Assembly (NCBI GenBank): GCA_951406725.2
Contig: OX597826.1
Span: forward strand, 76,880,001 to 76,944,000
DNA from: Octopus vulgaris
Lineage: Eukaryota
DNA: 64,000 bases
Reading direction: 5' to 3'
The notes below the pieces were generated by a model. It saw nothing but the letters and a program-made list of their open reading frames with translations, did not search any database and had not been told where the DNA came from. Positions 41,486-55,391 of the stretch are shown piece by piece. A program made the position numbers and the translations under genes. The stretch's first letter is position 1, and each line of letters opens with the position of its first letter.

Positions 41486-43854
41486 CGGCAAATACTAAGT
41501 GTGGTGTTAGCGACTGAGATCTAACTAATTGACTTCTATTTCTCTGTCTGTCATTTAGTTTCACTCTTTCTTCGTAATAGTTTCTACCTCTACCTCCACT
41601 GCACTCATTCTTTCTCACTCCTCCATCATCAACACTTCTGTCTTCCACGCCTCCAATACCAACACCACTTCGTCAAAGGTGTTAGTAGCGCTTAAATTTC
41701 AAAACGACAACAATAAAAGCTACAGCAACAGAGAGATAGGGGGAGAGACGGAGAGCGAGAGAAAGAGAGAGAAGGAGGGAGGGGGAAAGTAGACGTAACA
41801 ATTTGAACAACAAACAGACTATCTAATACAATAACAATGTCAGCAACAAAATTGCAAGAACAACAACAACAACAGTAACAGCACAAACATTAACAGTATA
41901 TTTGCAAATGCATTAGTTTGATAAAAACCACAAGATTTGCAGCAACGTCAACAATAACTTCAACAATATCAGCAATAAAGAGAACAACAACCGCAGGTCT
42001 GTAAATAACAAAAATATAATTTGAAATCAGTAAAGAAGAGCATCAATATAAACAATAATAATAATAATAACAATATATATTAATAGCAATTACTTCTTGC
42101 CCAGCCCACTCAGCCACACAACTATGAGATTCTGTAACCACATAAATACGGAATAACAATAAATAACTAAAGAATCGCCGCCATTAAATGCCATTGATTT
42201 CAAGAACCACAAAGTTGACCGCAACAGAAATTCTTAAAAGATGAGTGAGACAGAAAGAACAATGATGTGGAGTCGATCCTCTGTTCAATGTTTTGAGAAA
42301 GAATAATTCAACGAATTTCTCGTTCTTTTTCAAAGTGAGACGAACCTTATGCGTTTTTGCTGCCCTTATACATAAAGCGATATAAAACGTTTCAAATTCG
42401 AAGATTCTCAATTCGGTGGTGGAGGTTTTTTGAACCAGTTGTTATACATCCGCTATCACAAATCATCTGTCGTCGGAAACAGAATTCAAATTCAGGGGAT
42501 GAAACTGGAGATATCACATGTTAGAAGACGAAAAAAAAAAAGACAATTAGATCGTTTTTAATATTTTTTTAATAAATTTAGATTAACTAATTTTAAAATC
42601 GCGAGTTAAATCATGTTGAAGAGTCCAAAAGGAGGATGAAATAGTACTATCTACAGCTACCAGACACTTTAAGGACGCTACTTCAATGACAAATGAAAGA
42701 ATTATATGGAAGTAATGCTCTATTCACTCTTTGATAATGATGTTTCACAAAAAGAAAAAGAATTAGAAGTGATTCTCTCTTCTTAAGTAACAATTCCTAG
42801 TAATTCCACCAAGCATAATGAAGAATTTATTTCTCTCAAAAGCCAAGGATATTGGAATAATAATGTCAAAAAAAATGTAAACTGCTTTGCTAAGAGTAAT
42901 TTATATTACTTTACATTAACATCTTTAAATCTGTTGGAGTAGGTCTGACCTTCGATGAAATAACTACAAATATATCTCTGTACCAAAAAAAAAAAAGAAA
43001 GACAATAACAACTGCTGCAACTGTTATTGCTACTACTACGACTACGACGACGGTAACTAATACTACCACCATCGACACCACCAACACTGACGCCACCTCA
43101 ATTACATTAAGTTGTGTTGATGATACTGAGTTGACCGATCCGTTTACTCTTGATTAACTTCCATCATTGCTAGTTCGCTGAAGTGTAGACAGCCTCTATA
43201 CGGCTGCTACAATTAGAATGAAATAGAAACGAAATCTTTAAATTAGATGGAACCATTCTTAAAGGAAAAGGACACGCTGCATTATACAGCCCTACATAGT
43301 ATTACAAAACTAATGGTTTGAGCTGGAATGAATTCAATAAATTTAATGATTGCTCATGAAAAAAAGCATCAACAAGAAATTCAGCAACAATATAAATCTT
43401 TTGCATACTCTTCTTTATCTTAAGCGGCCAAATTCATCTAAACCAGCGAGAACGAAACGAATTTGTTCAGAAGGTGTCTTGTGATTGGTTCGTTAATTCA
43501 ATGTCATAAACTCGTCAATTGCAAAGCAAACTTTTTTAAATATTCGGCCATTTTGCGTCCATTGAATATTAACTTTTAAATACAAAACTAATTCATTTTA
43601 ATTTTCTAAATTTAGACAATATTTTTCCTGTATTGCAATATTTGGATGCATAAGCAACGTTTAGACATTTATTAATATTTTTTTCGTTAGAATCTACAAA
43701 TTTTGTGTCGTAAGCCTTGACAACTCAGCGATTGAATTCAAGAATTGATTGTCTCCCTTGCCAAGCAAGACTAGAGGTTTCATATTACTGGACAGAAAGT
43801 CGTATTGCGCTCAGAACAAAGAATGTTGTATAGTCAATCGTCTGACAGATTTTG

Positions 43855-44062
43855 GTTTCAAATTTTGCCACACATCCAGCAATTTTGGTGGAGGGGTAAG
43901 TCGATTACATTGATCTCAGTGTTCAAATGGGACTTATTTTATCGACCACACGCAAGGGATTAAAGATAAAGTCATCTCCGGTGACATTTGAACTCAGAGC
44001 GTAAAGTCGAAAGAAATGCCGCAAAGCATATTGTTCGGTAAGGACCCTACCAGCTTGCCACC
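43855..44062 (-). mobile_element. Diverged Deu/Nin-like SINE (tail type 1)
   Basis: Homologous to 4006-4212 in reverse orientation. Confidence 0.75.
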
Positions 44063-44077
44063 TAAAGCAAATATTTA

Positions 44078-44432
44078 TAAGATTACTCAGAGAGCGCAAA
44101 TCTCTGTCAAGGTAACACCAACGTCCTCTCAACGATTAGCCAGAGATGATTTTTAAAATGAGAATATCTGAAATAAACTCGACTGCTCTCGCAAACGAGA
44201 ATACTAAAAATGAACCCGACCGCTCTCAAGAATTAAGTTTAAAAAACAGGAAAATAATCCAGAATCCTTGTCCAGTACCGGATCGACTCCAAAATCTAAC
44301 CAGTTTGTGCCAGTCACGAGACCAAACATCCCTGAAAGTTTCATCCGAATCCATCCAGCGGTTCTTGAGATATCTTGTCCACGGACAATCAAACAAACAA
44401 ACAAACACAACTGAAAATAATATCACCGCCTA
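44078..44432. mobile_element. Non-autonomous Helentron/DINE-1-like element
   Basis: AAAGTTTCATCCGAATCCATCCAGCGGTTCTTGAGATATC followed by a short (ACAA)n tract and GAAAATAATATCACCGCC, an architecture typical of HINE/DINE-type elements. Terminal hairpin not intact. Confidence 0.5.
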
Positions 44433-45343
44433 AAATAAGAATCTCACTTGATGCCTTCTAGAATATATTTTTGCAAAGATTTAAACACTCACAAAGCAAA
44501 AACTACGACTCGGTTTCCATTTTTATTTGAAAACTAAATTTGTTTTTAAGGACTCCAACAAATAACTCCTTTAGCTAAATTTCATCTTTCTCCTTTGAAA
44601 GATCCTAACCAAAACGTTGGAACAAATTCTGATGATAGGCTCTGCTTGAAGAGTTAGGATTTTCTTCTTATTCGTTGCTGTAAAAACTTTTATTCAAATT
44701 TTCGAAACACCATTTCTTGTGTAAAAGTAATTTGATGTCTTGCGCGTGAAAGAAAGACGAGGTAGACACGAATGGAAATCATATGATCACAAATTTTCTC
44801 GATCAGAGTTAAAACAACAACAGCATTAACTGTTGAACAATGCTCCACCCTGATGACTGTTTTTATTGATGGTTAGTCTGGTGCATTCAGAGTCAAGCAC
44901 GGTAGACAGAAGCGAATATGTTGTCCATTGACGGGCTGCAGACCGGAGGCATTTCCGAGAGTTGTTCGGAAACTTTATGACAAATCCAGCTGGGATATTT
45001 TCATCTTCATGTCAACAGGTTGAAACATAAACATATGATTACCGTTGTTGGGCAGAGGCGCCACTAACCAGTCCTATTCGTATTATTTACCTTCTAATCA
45101 TCGCTAGCTTTCTTATTTGTCACCGTCTTCCCAGTTTTTATAAACACCACCGCCACCACCATCATCATCAGTGTTGCCATTCCCATAATCATCGTTATTA
45201 TCAACATCATCCTTCTGATTATCATCATCATCGATATCATCATCATCATCATCATGGTTATCATCGTCTTTATCTCCTTCTTCGTCATTGTCATCGTTAT
45301 ATACGCTCCCACTCAACGTCGACGTCGACACCACTTTCATCAA

Positions 45344-45385
<42 letters not shown>

Positions 45386-45536
45386 CAACTGCAGCACCGT
45401 TATCATCTTCTTTATCCCCATCAGCTTCATCATCCTACCTTTCTGGGTTTTTTTAGCTTCGTTTACTTAATTTTAATTCATCATCTGGTATTACTACCAT
45501 CACCAACAACAACACAAATAAAATAAAAAGTTGCTG

Positions 45537-45585
<49 letters not shown>

Positions 45586-46861
45586 CACTACTACTATTAC
45601 TACTACTGTTGATGTCAACTTCTACTTAACTCGTACAGGTTCGTGTGTTTTGTTGCAGGATTTCGCTTTCTTTCCATCGATTAAAAAATTTTAAATGATT
45701 GATTAGGAAGCGCTGCCAGAGCCGAGCTGGCGCAGTCTCTCTAGTGGTCGTGAGAGCATTTACTGTGCTACACCTGAGCAACAACCACAACATCAATCAA
45801 CATTACCACTACCAACAACAACTACCACAACAACAGCGCACAAAATGCACAGCTACAACATGGCCAACATAACGATTTCTTGCATTCAGAAAGCACCAAA
45901 CAGAAGATGAATGGTCGCATATGTGTTTGTATATAAATGTTCCGGTGTTCATGTATGCGTCCTTGTGCGCATGACATAAAAAAAGTAACGTTGATAGAAG
46001 CAAGATTCGATCTCAGAAATTTAGTAAAGCCGTACGGAAATGTTGATTTCTTAAATATGATGTTTTATAGGCAATCATTTATGTACAACATTATACTACA
46101 CGGCACACGCATTTGTAGCGGTGAGGATTGGAAGCAGTCAATTATACAAATCCAAGTGTACATATATTTCTGTTTCCTATCATCTAACTTACAAACAATG
46201 GCGTCGTTGATTACAGGTCTCTAACGAGTTTATTAACAACGGTTCATTCGAGTTCGTATTTATTATTTAACTGATACATATTTTATCGAAACATGAAAGA
46301 TGAAAGTCACAATCGACCTTTAGAAAGAGTTGAACTCAGAAACATATGGTGATGTACCTGACGACCGCAAAGCAATTTGTCTGGGTCTCTGATATTTCTT
46401 TCAACAACTGGCCTCGACCGTTTCCTCCAGTCACCGCCATCATATGTTGTTAATGATTATTTCTTACGATTATGCAAGACAATTCCTCCAGTTATCTACG
46501 GTTTCTTTCGAATCTGCTGCATTGCTCTCATATTCTTTGATGCGTCCACACAGAAGATATAACAATCAGGTGTAAGGGAAATTTAAAACAACAAGTGTAA
46601 ATGTAAAAGCAAAATAAACTTTATAGAAAGATTCTGCTCATGTCAAACCACCCTAACTATGAGCCAAGTGCTCTGCCATTAGCATCTCCCTCAGCATCTC
46701 TCACATTTTCGATGTTTCACAAAGTGAAGGCTGACAGAGCCAATAGGCTGCAATGTCTCTTCTCGATTTACATAGGGACCTAAAACAATGAGTAAAACAA
46801 GGTACATACAGCAAAATCATATTCGCTTTCAGGTGAACGGCACAGACATACTATATATTCG

Positions 46862-46936
<75 letters not shown>

Positions 46937-46953
46937 ATATATATATGCATATA

Positions 46954-48218
46954 TATCGGGTCATCCCATAAGTTCTGTCCGATTTTACCTTTTTTTTTAA
47001 TTGAATGAAATTTAATAGTATTTTAGAATGTCTAATGGAATTAAAATTATTTTTATGCATTTGTGTACATTTAAACTAATTAAATATTATTTTACAGGAT
47101 AACAGAATTAAAATTTCTTTGATTAAAACCCTTTCTAACATGGAAATATCAAAAGAGCATTTCCGGCACATAATGCTTTATGAGTACAAAAAACGAAACT
47201 CTGCAGCCGAAGCGATTTGAAACATACACTCAGTTTATGGGAAAGAATGCTTGGTTTGCAAAATTCAGAAGTGGAGATTTCAGCCTTGAAGATGAAGATC
47301 GAACAGGACGTCCAGTTGAGTTTGATAAGATTCTTGAGGCATTACTTGAAGAAAATCCTGCGTTATCAGTTGAAAAATTGGCAATAAAGCTTAGTGCAAA
47401 CCATACGACATTTCATCGTGATATCCAACAACTTGGAAAGATTCCTAAACTTGGAAAATGGGTACCTCATGAATTGTCCGAAAGCAACAGCAAATCCTAA
47501 GTTGACATCTGCTCTTCTGTCTATTCTCGCGAACTCATTTCACCCTTTTCGGATAGACTTGTGACTGGTGACGAAAAATGGATCTTCTATCGAAATGTTA
47601 AATGCTGTAAACATTGGCTTAGTAAAAGGGAAAAAAACTCAACCACAACTGATAAGGGAACTTCATGGGTAAAAGGTTCTTCTCTCCATCTGGTGGAATT
47701 ACAAAGAAGTAATTCACTTTGAAGTGTTACCACCTAATGCAACAATCCATGCTCAAGTCAGCTGTCAGCAATTAGAGCGTTTGAACCAAGCTTTGAAGAA
47801 AAAAAGACCCGCTTTAGTGAATCGAAAAGGAATGATGTTTTATCACGACAATGCGCGACCCACACTGCAAAGATCACATCACAGGAGATTGAAGAGCTTG
47901 GTTGTGAAAAAATTCCTCATCCACCTTATTCTTCCGACCGTGCTCTTTCAGACTACCATTTGTTTCATAGTTTACAGAATCATTTGTGGGACATAACTTT
48001 CGCAAGCCAGGAGGAGGTCGAAACTGACACTTCAGAGTTCTTCGCTTTGAAACCAAAAGCGTTTTCCATTGATGGGATTAAAAAGTTTGTAAATTGATGG
48101 AAGGAAGTCATGGATAATCAGAGAAAGTACATTGATGATTACATTTCAATTAAATAAACATTTGATCACTTGTTTTCTTTATTCAAAATTTGGACAGAAC
48201 TTATGGAATGACCTGATA
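46954..48218 (+). mobile_element. Near full-length mariner (Tc1/mariner) DNA transposon, inactive
   Basis: ~30-bp TIRs TCGGGTCATCCCATAAGTTCTGTCCGATTTT / AAAATTTGGACAGAACTTATGGAATGACCTGA, TA-flanked in (TA)n, ~1.26 kb. Confidence 0.95.
47140..48145 (+). pseudogene. Mariner transposase pseudogene (D,D34D-type motifs)
   Basis: MEISKEHFRHIMLYE, WFAKFRSGDFSLEDEDRTGRP, WVPHEL, LVTGDEKWIFY, HDNARP, HPPYSSDRALSDYHLF. Several frameshifts and stops. Confidence 0.95.
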
Positions 48219-48515
<297 letters not shown>

Positions 48516-48717
48516 GTATACATATGCATATATACATACCTACACACAAGCACATACGTATGTATGTATGCATGTATGTATATATACATATACACGCATT
48601 TATTTAGAGATATATTCCATTGCAATACTTACTGCATCCACTTCCATGTCCGTTTTTGCGCATGTGCGTGTCTTCATGTGTGTGTGTGTGTGTGTGAAAC
48701 AACATGTGAGTGCTAGC

Positions 48718-48752
<35 letters not shown>

Positions 48753-48819
48753 TTCCTACTCATTGTTATTTATATTGTTTTATCATTCCACATCTTATGC
48801 TTACCGTTGATGTAATTGG

Positions 48820-49392
<573 letters not shown>

Positions 49393-50198
49393 GTATAAAT
49401 GATGTTGCTGTAGCAGTTCTTGTCGTTGCTCTTCTAATGTATTTATTATTTTCTTCTCTCTCCATCATTTAGTTTGACTGGATCTAAAATAAAACAAACT
49501 TTCCCTTAATGACTGCTCTTCCCTAAATCTACCTCCTCCTCCTCTTCCTCCCCTTCTTCTTCCTCCTCGCTCTCCTTACTCTTAACTGTGTTGTTCTGGT
49601 TTTGATTGTGGTCCTTTTTTTCTTCTTTTATATATATAGCCATCACGTCGACGTCTACGCCATCTCTTCACACACACACACACACACTTCATCTTATGAA
49701 TACTTTAACAACATTATGATTAATGTACGTCGTTGATTATCAATTATTATGCTGTCAACAGTAACATTCTCCTTGACAGATATGTCACTAAGTTTCATCA
49801 AATACTGTGAGAATCGTCGGAGCTCTGCCTTGCCGTCCTATACCACCCGGCGCTGCTTTCTCACTAAATACGGCCATACGAGCAAACGAGGAATACGGTG
49901 CTTCTACCCGGTTGCTCGTCATGCTAAAACACGCTAGAAACAGCAGTCGAACCCCATTTATATTCTGGCCTTCCGTCCGTAAAAACATAGAATCGAAGAC
50001 GTATTGGATAAGTATAATGAAAGAAATCATGAGGGAAGGTCATGATTAGAATGCTTTTCGTCCTATTTCTTCTCAAACAGAATTGAACTTGGGTTAGACA
50101 ATAAAATCCCCACATCAACCAGAATCGAACAGAGGAATCTCTGTGTGATTGCATCGCCTGCAAGAAATACCAACCAAATATTTCTCATATCACACTTT

Positions 50199-50670
50199 AT
50201 CTATTTCGTTACTACCCACAAGGGACTAAATATAGAGGGGACAAACAAAGACAGACAAACGGATTAAGTCGATTACATCGATCTCAGTGCGTAACTGGTA
50301 CTTAATTTATCGACCCTGAAAGGATGAAAGGTAAGTCGACCTCGGCGGAATTTGAACTCAGAAAGTAACGGCAGACGAAATACGGCTACGCATTTCGCCC
50401 GGCGTGCTAATGTTTCTGCCAGCTCGCCCCCTTCATCGTAGAATACCTATGTCTTTACTACCCACAAGGGGCTAAATACAGAGGGGACAAACAAGGACGA
50501 CAAACTGATTAAGTCAATTATATCGACCCCAGTGCGTAACTGGTACTTAATTTATCGACCCCGAAACGATGAAAGGCAAAGTCGACGTCGGCAGAATTTG
50601 AACGTAACGACAGACGAAATACGGCTACGCATTTCGCCCGGCGTGCTAACGTTTCTGCCAGCTCGCCGCA
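50199..50670 (-). mobile_element. Tandem dimer of Deu/Nin-like SINEs (tail type 2) with a 20-bp target-site duplication
   Basis: Copies at ~50200-50430 and ~50445-50668. TATTTCTCATATCACACTTT occurs at 50179-50198 and 50674-50693. Confidence 0.9.
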
Positions 50671-51530
50671 TTTTATTTCTCATATCACACTTTTTCGTCT
50701 CACGAAATAGCAGGCCAGATAGACATCGTTTCAAAGTAGCTCTAGATAGATGCTATATTTCTAAAATAAATAAACTTGGCATGGTAAGAATATCTTTTAT
50801 GATATGTGTACAATCAATGTTGATATAGATCCGAACGAAAACATTAACCCCAATCTGCATATTAACCAGCAATCAGTATATTACTCACTGCACACTGCAA
50901 GTTAACTGCATTTTACACATTGCCATCCTGCTGCACCTCATGTGTTTTAAACTGGTTACCAATCTCTTGTTCTCCGGCATTTCGAAATACTATTTACTGT
51001 TTAAAGTGTGTAAACGTATTAAACTGAGGGTAATTCTCTTTAGCATTGATCTCTCAGAGACGAACAGAGTTAAAAGCAGAAAAATATCAGCAGCAGGTGA
51101 TGATGGTTGCCAAGTATCAGCAGTGGAATTGCTAGATCTAGATTTTTGATTATTAGCTTCATCAGAGTATCTACACTCTAAGAAGGCATACAGATCACTA
51201 ATTAGGAACTAGCATACCTTCTGTCACTAATAATGAACTTTTGTTCAGCCTGCCGGCTAAGTTCTAGATCAGTAACATTACAACCACTGTTCAAATTTAT
51301 CAGCTCGCACTCAAACTTTGCTAAGCATGTAATGACAAGGATATTTGTTACTAAGTCTCTGTAAGAGATACTGGAAATGAAGAGTGCATTTAAAAAGCTT
51401 TCAACTGCATATACATTTAAGTATTACACCGATCGCTAATTCTGTACTAATGCTGCCTTCCTTGCTAATAATGAACTGGCTACTGTTTTCTGTCAGAATA
51501 TTTTTATTGTGTGTTTATGTCTTTGGATGT

Positions 51531-51584
51531 CAAGTACTAGCAGATATTCAAGTACTAGCAGATATTCAAGTACTAGTAGATATT
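51531..51584. repeat. 18-bp minisatellite x3 (CAAGTACTAGCAGATATT)
   Basis: Three adjacent units, one substitution in the third. Confidence 0.9.
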
Positions 51585-51854
51585 CCCCGGTTTTCATGTG
51601 TCTACTGACCCTAAGTCCATTGACTAATTCCTCTAAGATGATTCAAGATAGGCAAGAAAACAAAAATATGGAAAACAGTATCAACTGGAACGATGACTCG
51701 AAGAACAAAACCAACGTCAATTGTTACAACAGCAGGATTGTAATGGCCATAAATTGTTTCTTGTCAGCCATCGCCGCCTGCACAGAGACACAACACGAGC
51801 GTTAATGCAAAACTGAGGTTATAGATAAATATTAGGTGATATAGTATAATGGGG

Positions 51855-52012
51855 CTTGTCAGCAAAAGTAAAAGGACGCTTACGTAAAGATACATAAAGT
51901 TCCAATATGCCGACGACAACAGTGTAGCAGCTTACAGAGAGGATCACCTCCAACAGATCCTAAATGCTTTTCATCATGCATATACTAAACTTGGACTGAG
52001 CATCAACATCAA
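51855..52012 (+). mobile_element. RTE-clade LINE reverse transcriptase remnant
   Basis: KFQYADDNSVAAYREDHLQQILNAFHHAYTKLGLSINI: YADD motif plus LQxxLxxFxxAxxxxGLxIN. Confidence 0.8.
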
Positions 52013-52627
52013 ACAGCAACAGCAACATCTGCAACTACAGAAACAACTGTTGATAGAAATAATACTAGGTGTCTGCTCAGGTTTTGTGCCAGGTGGCTAT
52101 TGGTAACATATTACAGCAATTATGAAAGCTATGGTTATGATGATGGTGATGATGATGATGATGATGATGAGGAGGAGGAGGATGTTGAGGAGGAGGAGGA
52201 GGAGGATAACGATGACGATGACGACGACGACGACGGCGAGAAGTATTATGAAGAAAACTGAAGGATATCGGAAAGTAGGATCCTAGTAATAAAGATGATA
52301 ACGAGGATGATGGCCATGACAGAAACTATAACGAAGCATTTTTATTCAGTATGGCGCTTGGCTTCTTTGTTAGCATCGAAGAAATTTCTAGAACAATTAA
52401 GAAATATTTGCTGAATTACAGTATCTTGTAGTTTGTTTTCCTTGGATGCATGTGTACATACGCATACATACACATACATGCACACACATATATATGCATG
52501 TATGTATATATATATATACACATGCATTCATAAACATGCATACACTTACACACACACACACACAAAAACACATATATACATATGTATGTATATATATATA
52601 TATATACATATAGATATATATATATAT

Positions 52628-52678
<51 letters not shown>

Positions 52679-53178
52679 CAGTAAAACGTTAATATTATTA
52701 ATAAAATGGCAATAAAACCTAAAACAATGGAAACTGTAAGAAAACACCAAAGCATAAAAAGAAAAAAAAACTAAAACCAGAGAGAAAGAAAGAGTGAGGG
52801 AGAGAGGCAGAGAGAGTCAGAGAGACAGAGACTGCGAGAGAGAAAGAGACAATATTATTCGGAAACGATTGCACCTTTTTAATTTCTCATTGGGAATGAA
52901 AACTGTTCATTATGTTATTATCGTCATCATTAATGATTTATTAGCTGTTCTAGAATATTCATTAGCACAGCTTAATTTTACAACCTCAAAGGATCATTTG
53001 TGTCGAATTTCTCAAAGCTGTAGCTATTGGCTCACTTCTTCGCTGGTAGAAAGCCCGCGAAAACTACGCGGCGGCCATGTTCCCCTGAGTGAATCTCAGG
53101 CACCAAATGAAAACTAGAAACAAATAAATTAATAACACCTTTTATTTACAAACATACAGACACATGTACAAATAAAAC

Positions 53179-53257
<79 letters not shown>

Positions 53258-53444
53258 TATAGATAGATAGATAGATAGATATAGATATAGATATAGATAT
53301 AGATATATATATACACATATAAAACACAGAAAATAATATATATCTGTATGTTTTATTTGTACATGTGTCTGTATGTTTGTAAATAAAAAGTGTTATTAAT
53401 TTATACATACATTCATTCATACAAGCACACACGAATACACGCAC

Positions 53445-53512
<68 letters not shown>

Positions 53513-53860
53513 AGAAAGAGAGAGAGATACGCAGATATATAGGTATATATAAATACATATAACACATGTGCGTTTGTGTACATTTGTGTGTGTATACATA
53601 TATATGTATGAATGTAATACACACACACACACACATATATATATGTTTCTGTTTAATTATATAATAGAATATAAAAACAAATGTTGTTTAGAATTTCACA
53701 GAATTTTAACATAACTTGCGTTGGTTTCTTGTACGTTTATTCAGCATTTCGTATATACGACCTTCATATGTGTGCGTGTACATTTGTCTGCGCTTAACCG
53801 TGTGTGTGTGCATACATACATACATACATACATACATACATACATACATACATACATACA

Positions 53861-53927
<67 letters not shown>

Positions 53928-53929
<2 letters not shown>

Positions 53930-54084
53930 TTTTATTATTTGTTTCAATAAGTTGACTGCGGCCATGCTGGAGCACCGTCTTTATTCGAATAAATTGAACC
54001 CAGTACTTATTCTATCAATCGTTTTTGCCGAACGGCAAGTTTATGGGGATTTAAACACACTAGCATCAGATGGTGGGGTGACAA

Positions 54085-54171
<87 letters not shown>

Positions 54172-54320
54172 GAGGCTTCTTTCAACTTCCGTGTAACAAA
54201 TCCACTGACAAGGCTTTGGTAGGCTATAGGAAAAAACTCTTGCCCAAGGTGTCATGCATTGGGACTGAAACTAGGGCCATGTGGTTGGTAAGTAAGCTTC
54301 TTACCACAGAGACACGCTGC
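53928..54320 (-). mobile_element. CORE-like SINE copy with internal (CA)n(TA)n
   Basis: Reverse complement of 19389-19762. Confidence 0.8.
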
Positions 54321-54384
54321 GCATCTATATCTCTCTCTATCTATCTATCTATATGTATATATGTATGTGTGTATGTATGTATGT

Positions 54385-54466
<82 letters not shown>

Positions 54467-54471
54467 TATAT

Positions 54472-54893
54472 AACAAAGTGAAGTTGTAAGGTACCGCACG
54501 AGTGGAATTATATATGAATGATGGTTTGAAAATGCAATTTTAAAAGATGTTTATTAACTTGACCGGTTTCACTTCTTTAGAAAAAGATTGTCAAAAGTAA
54601 CATGTAAAAGCCTTGATGCGTTAGGTCCTGGTTGTCACAAATTATTACAATACATATACACATTCTTTGATAATAATAAGAAAATGTTAAAAACAGTTTA
54701 CAGAAAAAAATTTTTGAGAAATTATTAACAAGTTCATAAAACCTATTAGGATTTAATTAAAAATCATGTTTGTTTGGAAGTATCTACATATATACACAGA
54801 AAATTATAAGGTCAAAAAGGTCATATTTTAGTAACCAAAATATGACCTTTTTGAGCTTATGATTTATAAAATTGCATTATCAAACCTTCTTTC

Positions 54894-54900
<7 letters not shown>
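54472..54900. mobile_element. Decayed fold-back element, Penelope-like remnant, in (TA)n
   Basis: Central hairpin 54801-54865. 54868-54898 is the reverse complement of ~54511-54541. Hammerhead-like motif on the minus strand. Confidence 0.6.
54557..54598 (-). ncRNA. Variant minimal type I hammerhead ribozyme motif (U3-A8 core)
   Basis: Minus strand ACTT-TTGACAA-TCTTTTTCTAAAGAAGT-GAAA-C-CG-GTC-AAGT. Stem I ACTT/AAGT, palindromic stem III ACCGGT, GUC triplet. Stem II imperfect. Confidence 0.5.
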
Positions 54901-54939
<39 letters not shown>

Positions 54940-55037
54940 TATATATATAATATATAATAATAAATATTAGGGAATAAATCCAAATTTACAGGGAAAAAAT
55001 CAGATTTAGGATTAAATCCAATTTTATAGTAAAATAT

Positions 55038-55357
55038 TATATAATATTAATTCGAGACAAAACCACTATTTTGCAAAACAAACAAGGAAAGACTTAATCA
55101 ATACATAAAAATTTTTAATATAAAGAAATAAACCGCCACTACAATCTTTCATGTCTTCAATGACATTCGTCAGGTGGATTTTCGATCTCCTAATCTGTTT
55201 AAATTAAAACAGATTAGGAGATCGAAAATCCACCTGACGAATGTCATTGAAGACATGAAACGATTGTAGTGGCGGTTTATTTCTTTATATTAAAAATTTT
55301 TATGTATTGATTAAGTCTTTCCTTGTTTGTTTTGCAAAATAGTGGTTTTGTCTCGAA

Positions 55358-55370
<13 letters not shown>
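55038..55370. repeat. Near-perfect ~330-bp palindrome (arms ~163 bp, 6-nt spacer)
   Basis: 55038-55200 is the reverse complement of 55207-55370 apart from one missing base (ACAATC-TTTC vs ACAATCGTTTC). Confidence 0.95.
55230..55272 (+). ncRNA. Minimal type I hammerhead ribozyme motif
   Basis: CCAC-CTGACGA-ATGTC(ATTGAA)GACAT-GAAA-C-GATT-GTA-GTGG. Stem I CCAC/GTGG, intact CUGANGA and GAAA, 5-bp stem II, short stem III, GUA triplet. Confidence 0.8.
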
Positions 55371-55391
<21 letters not shown>

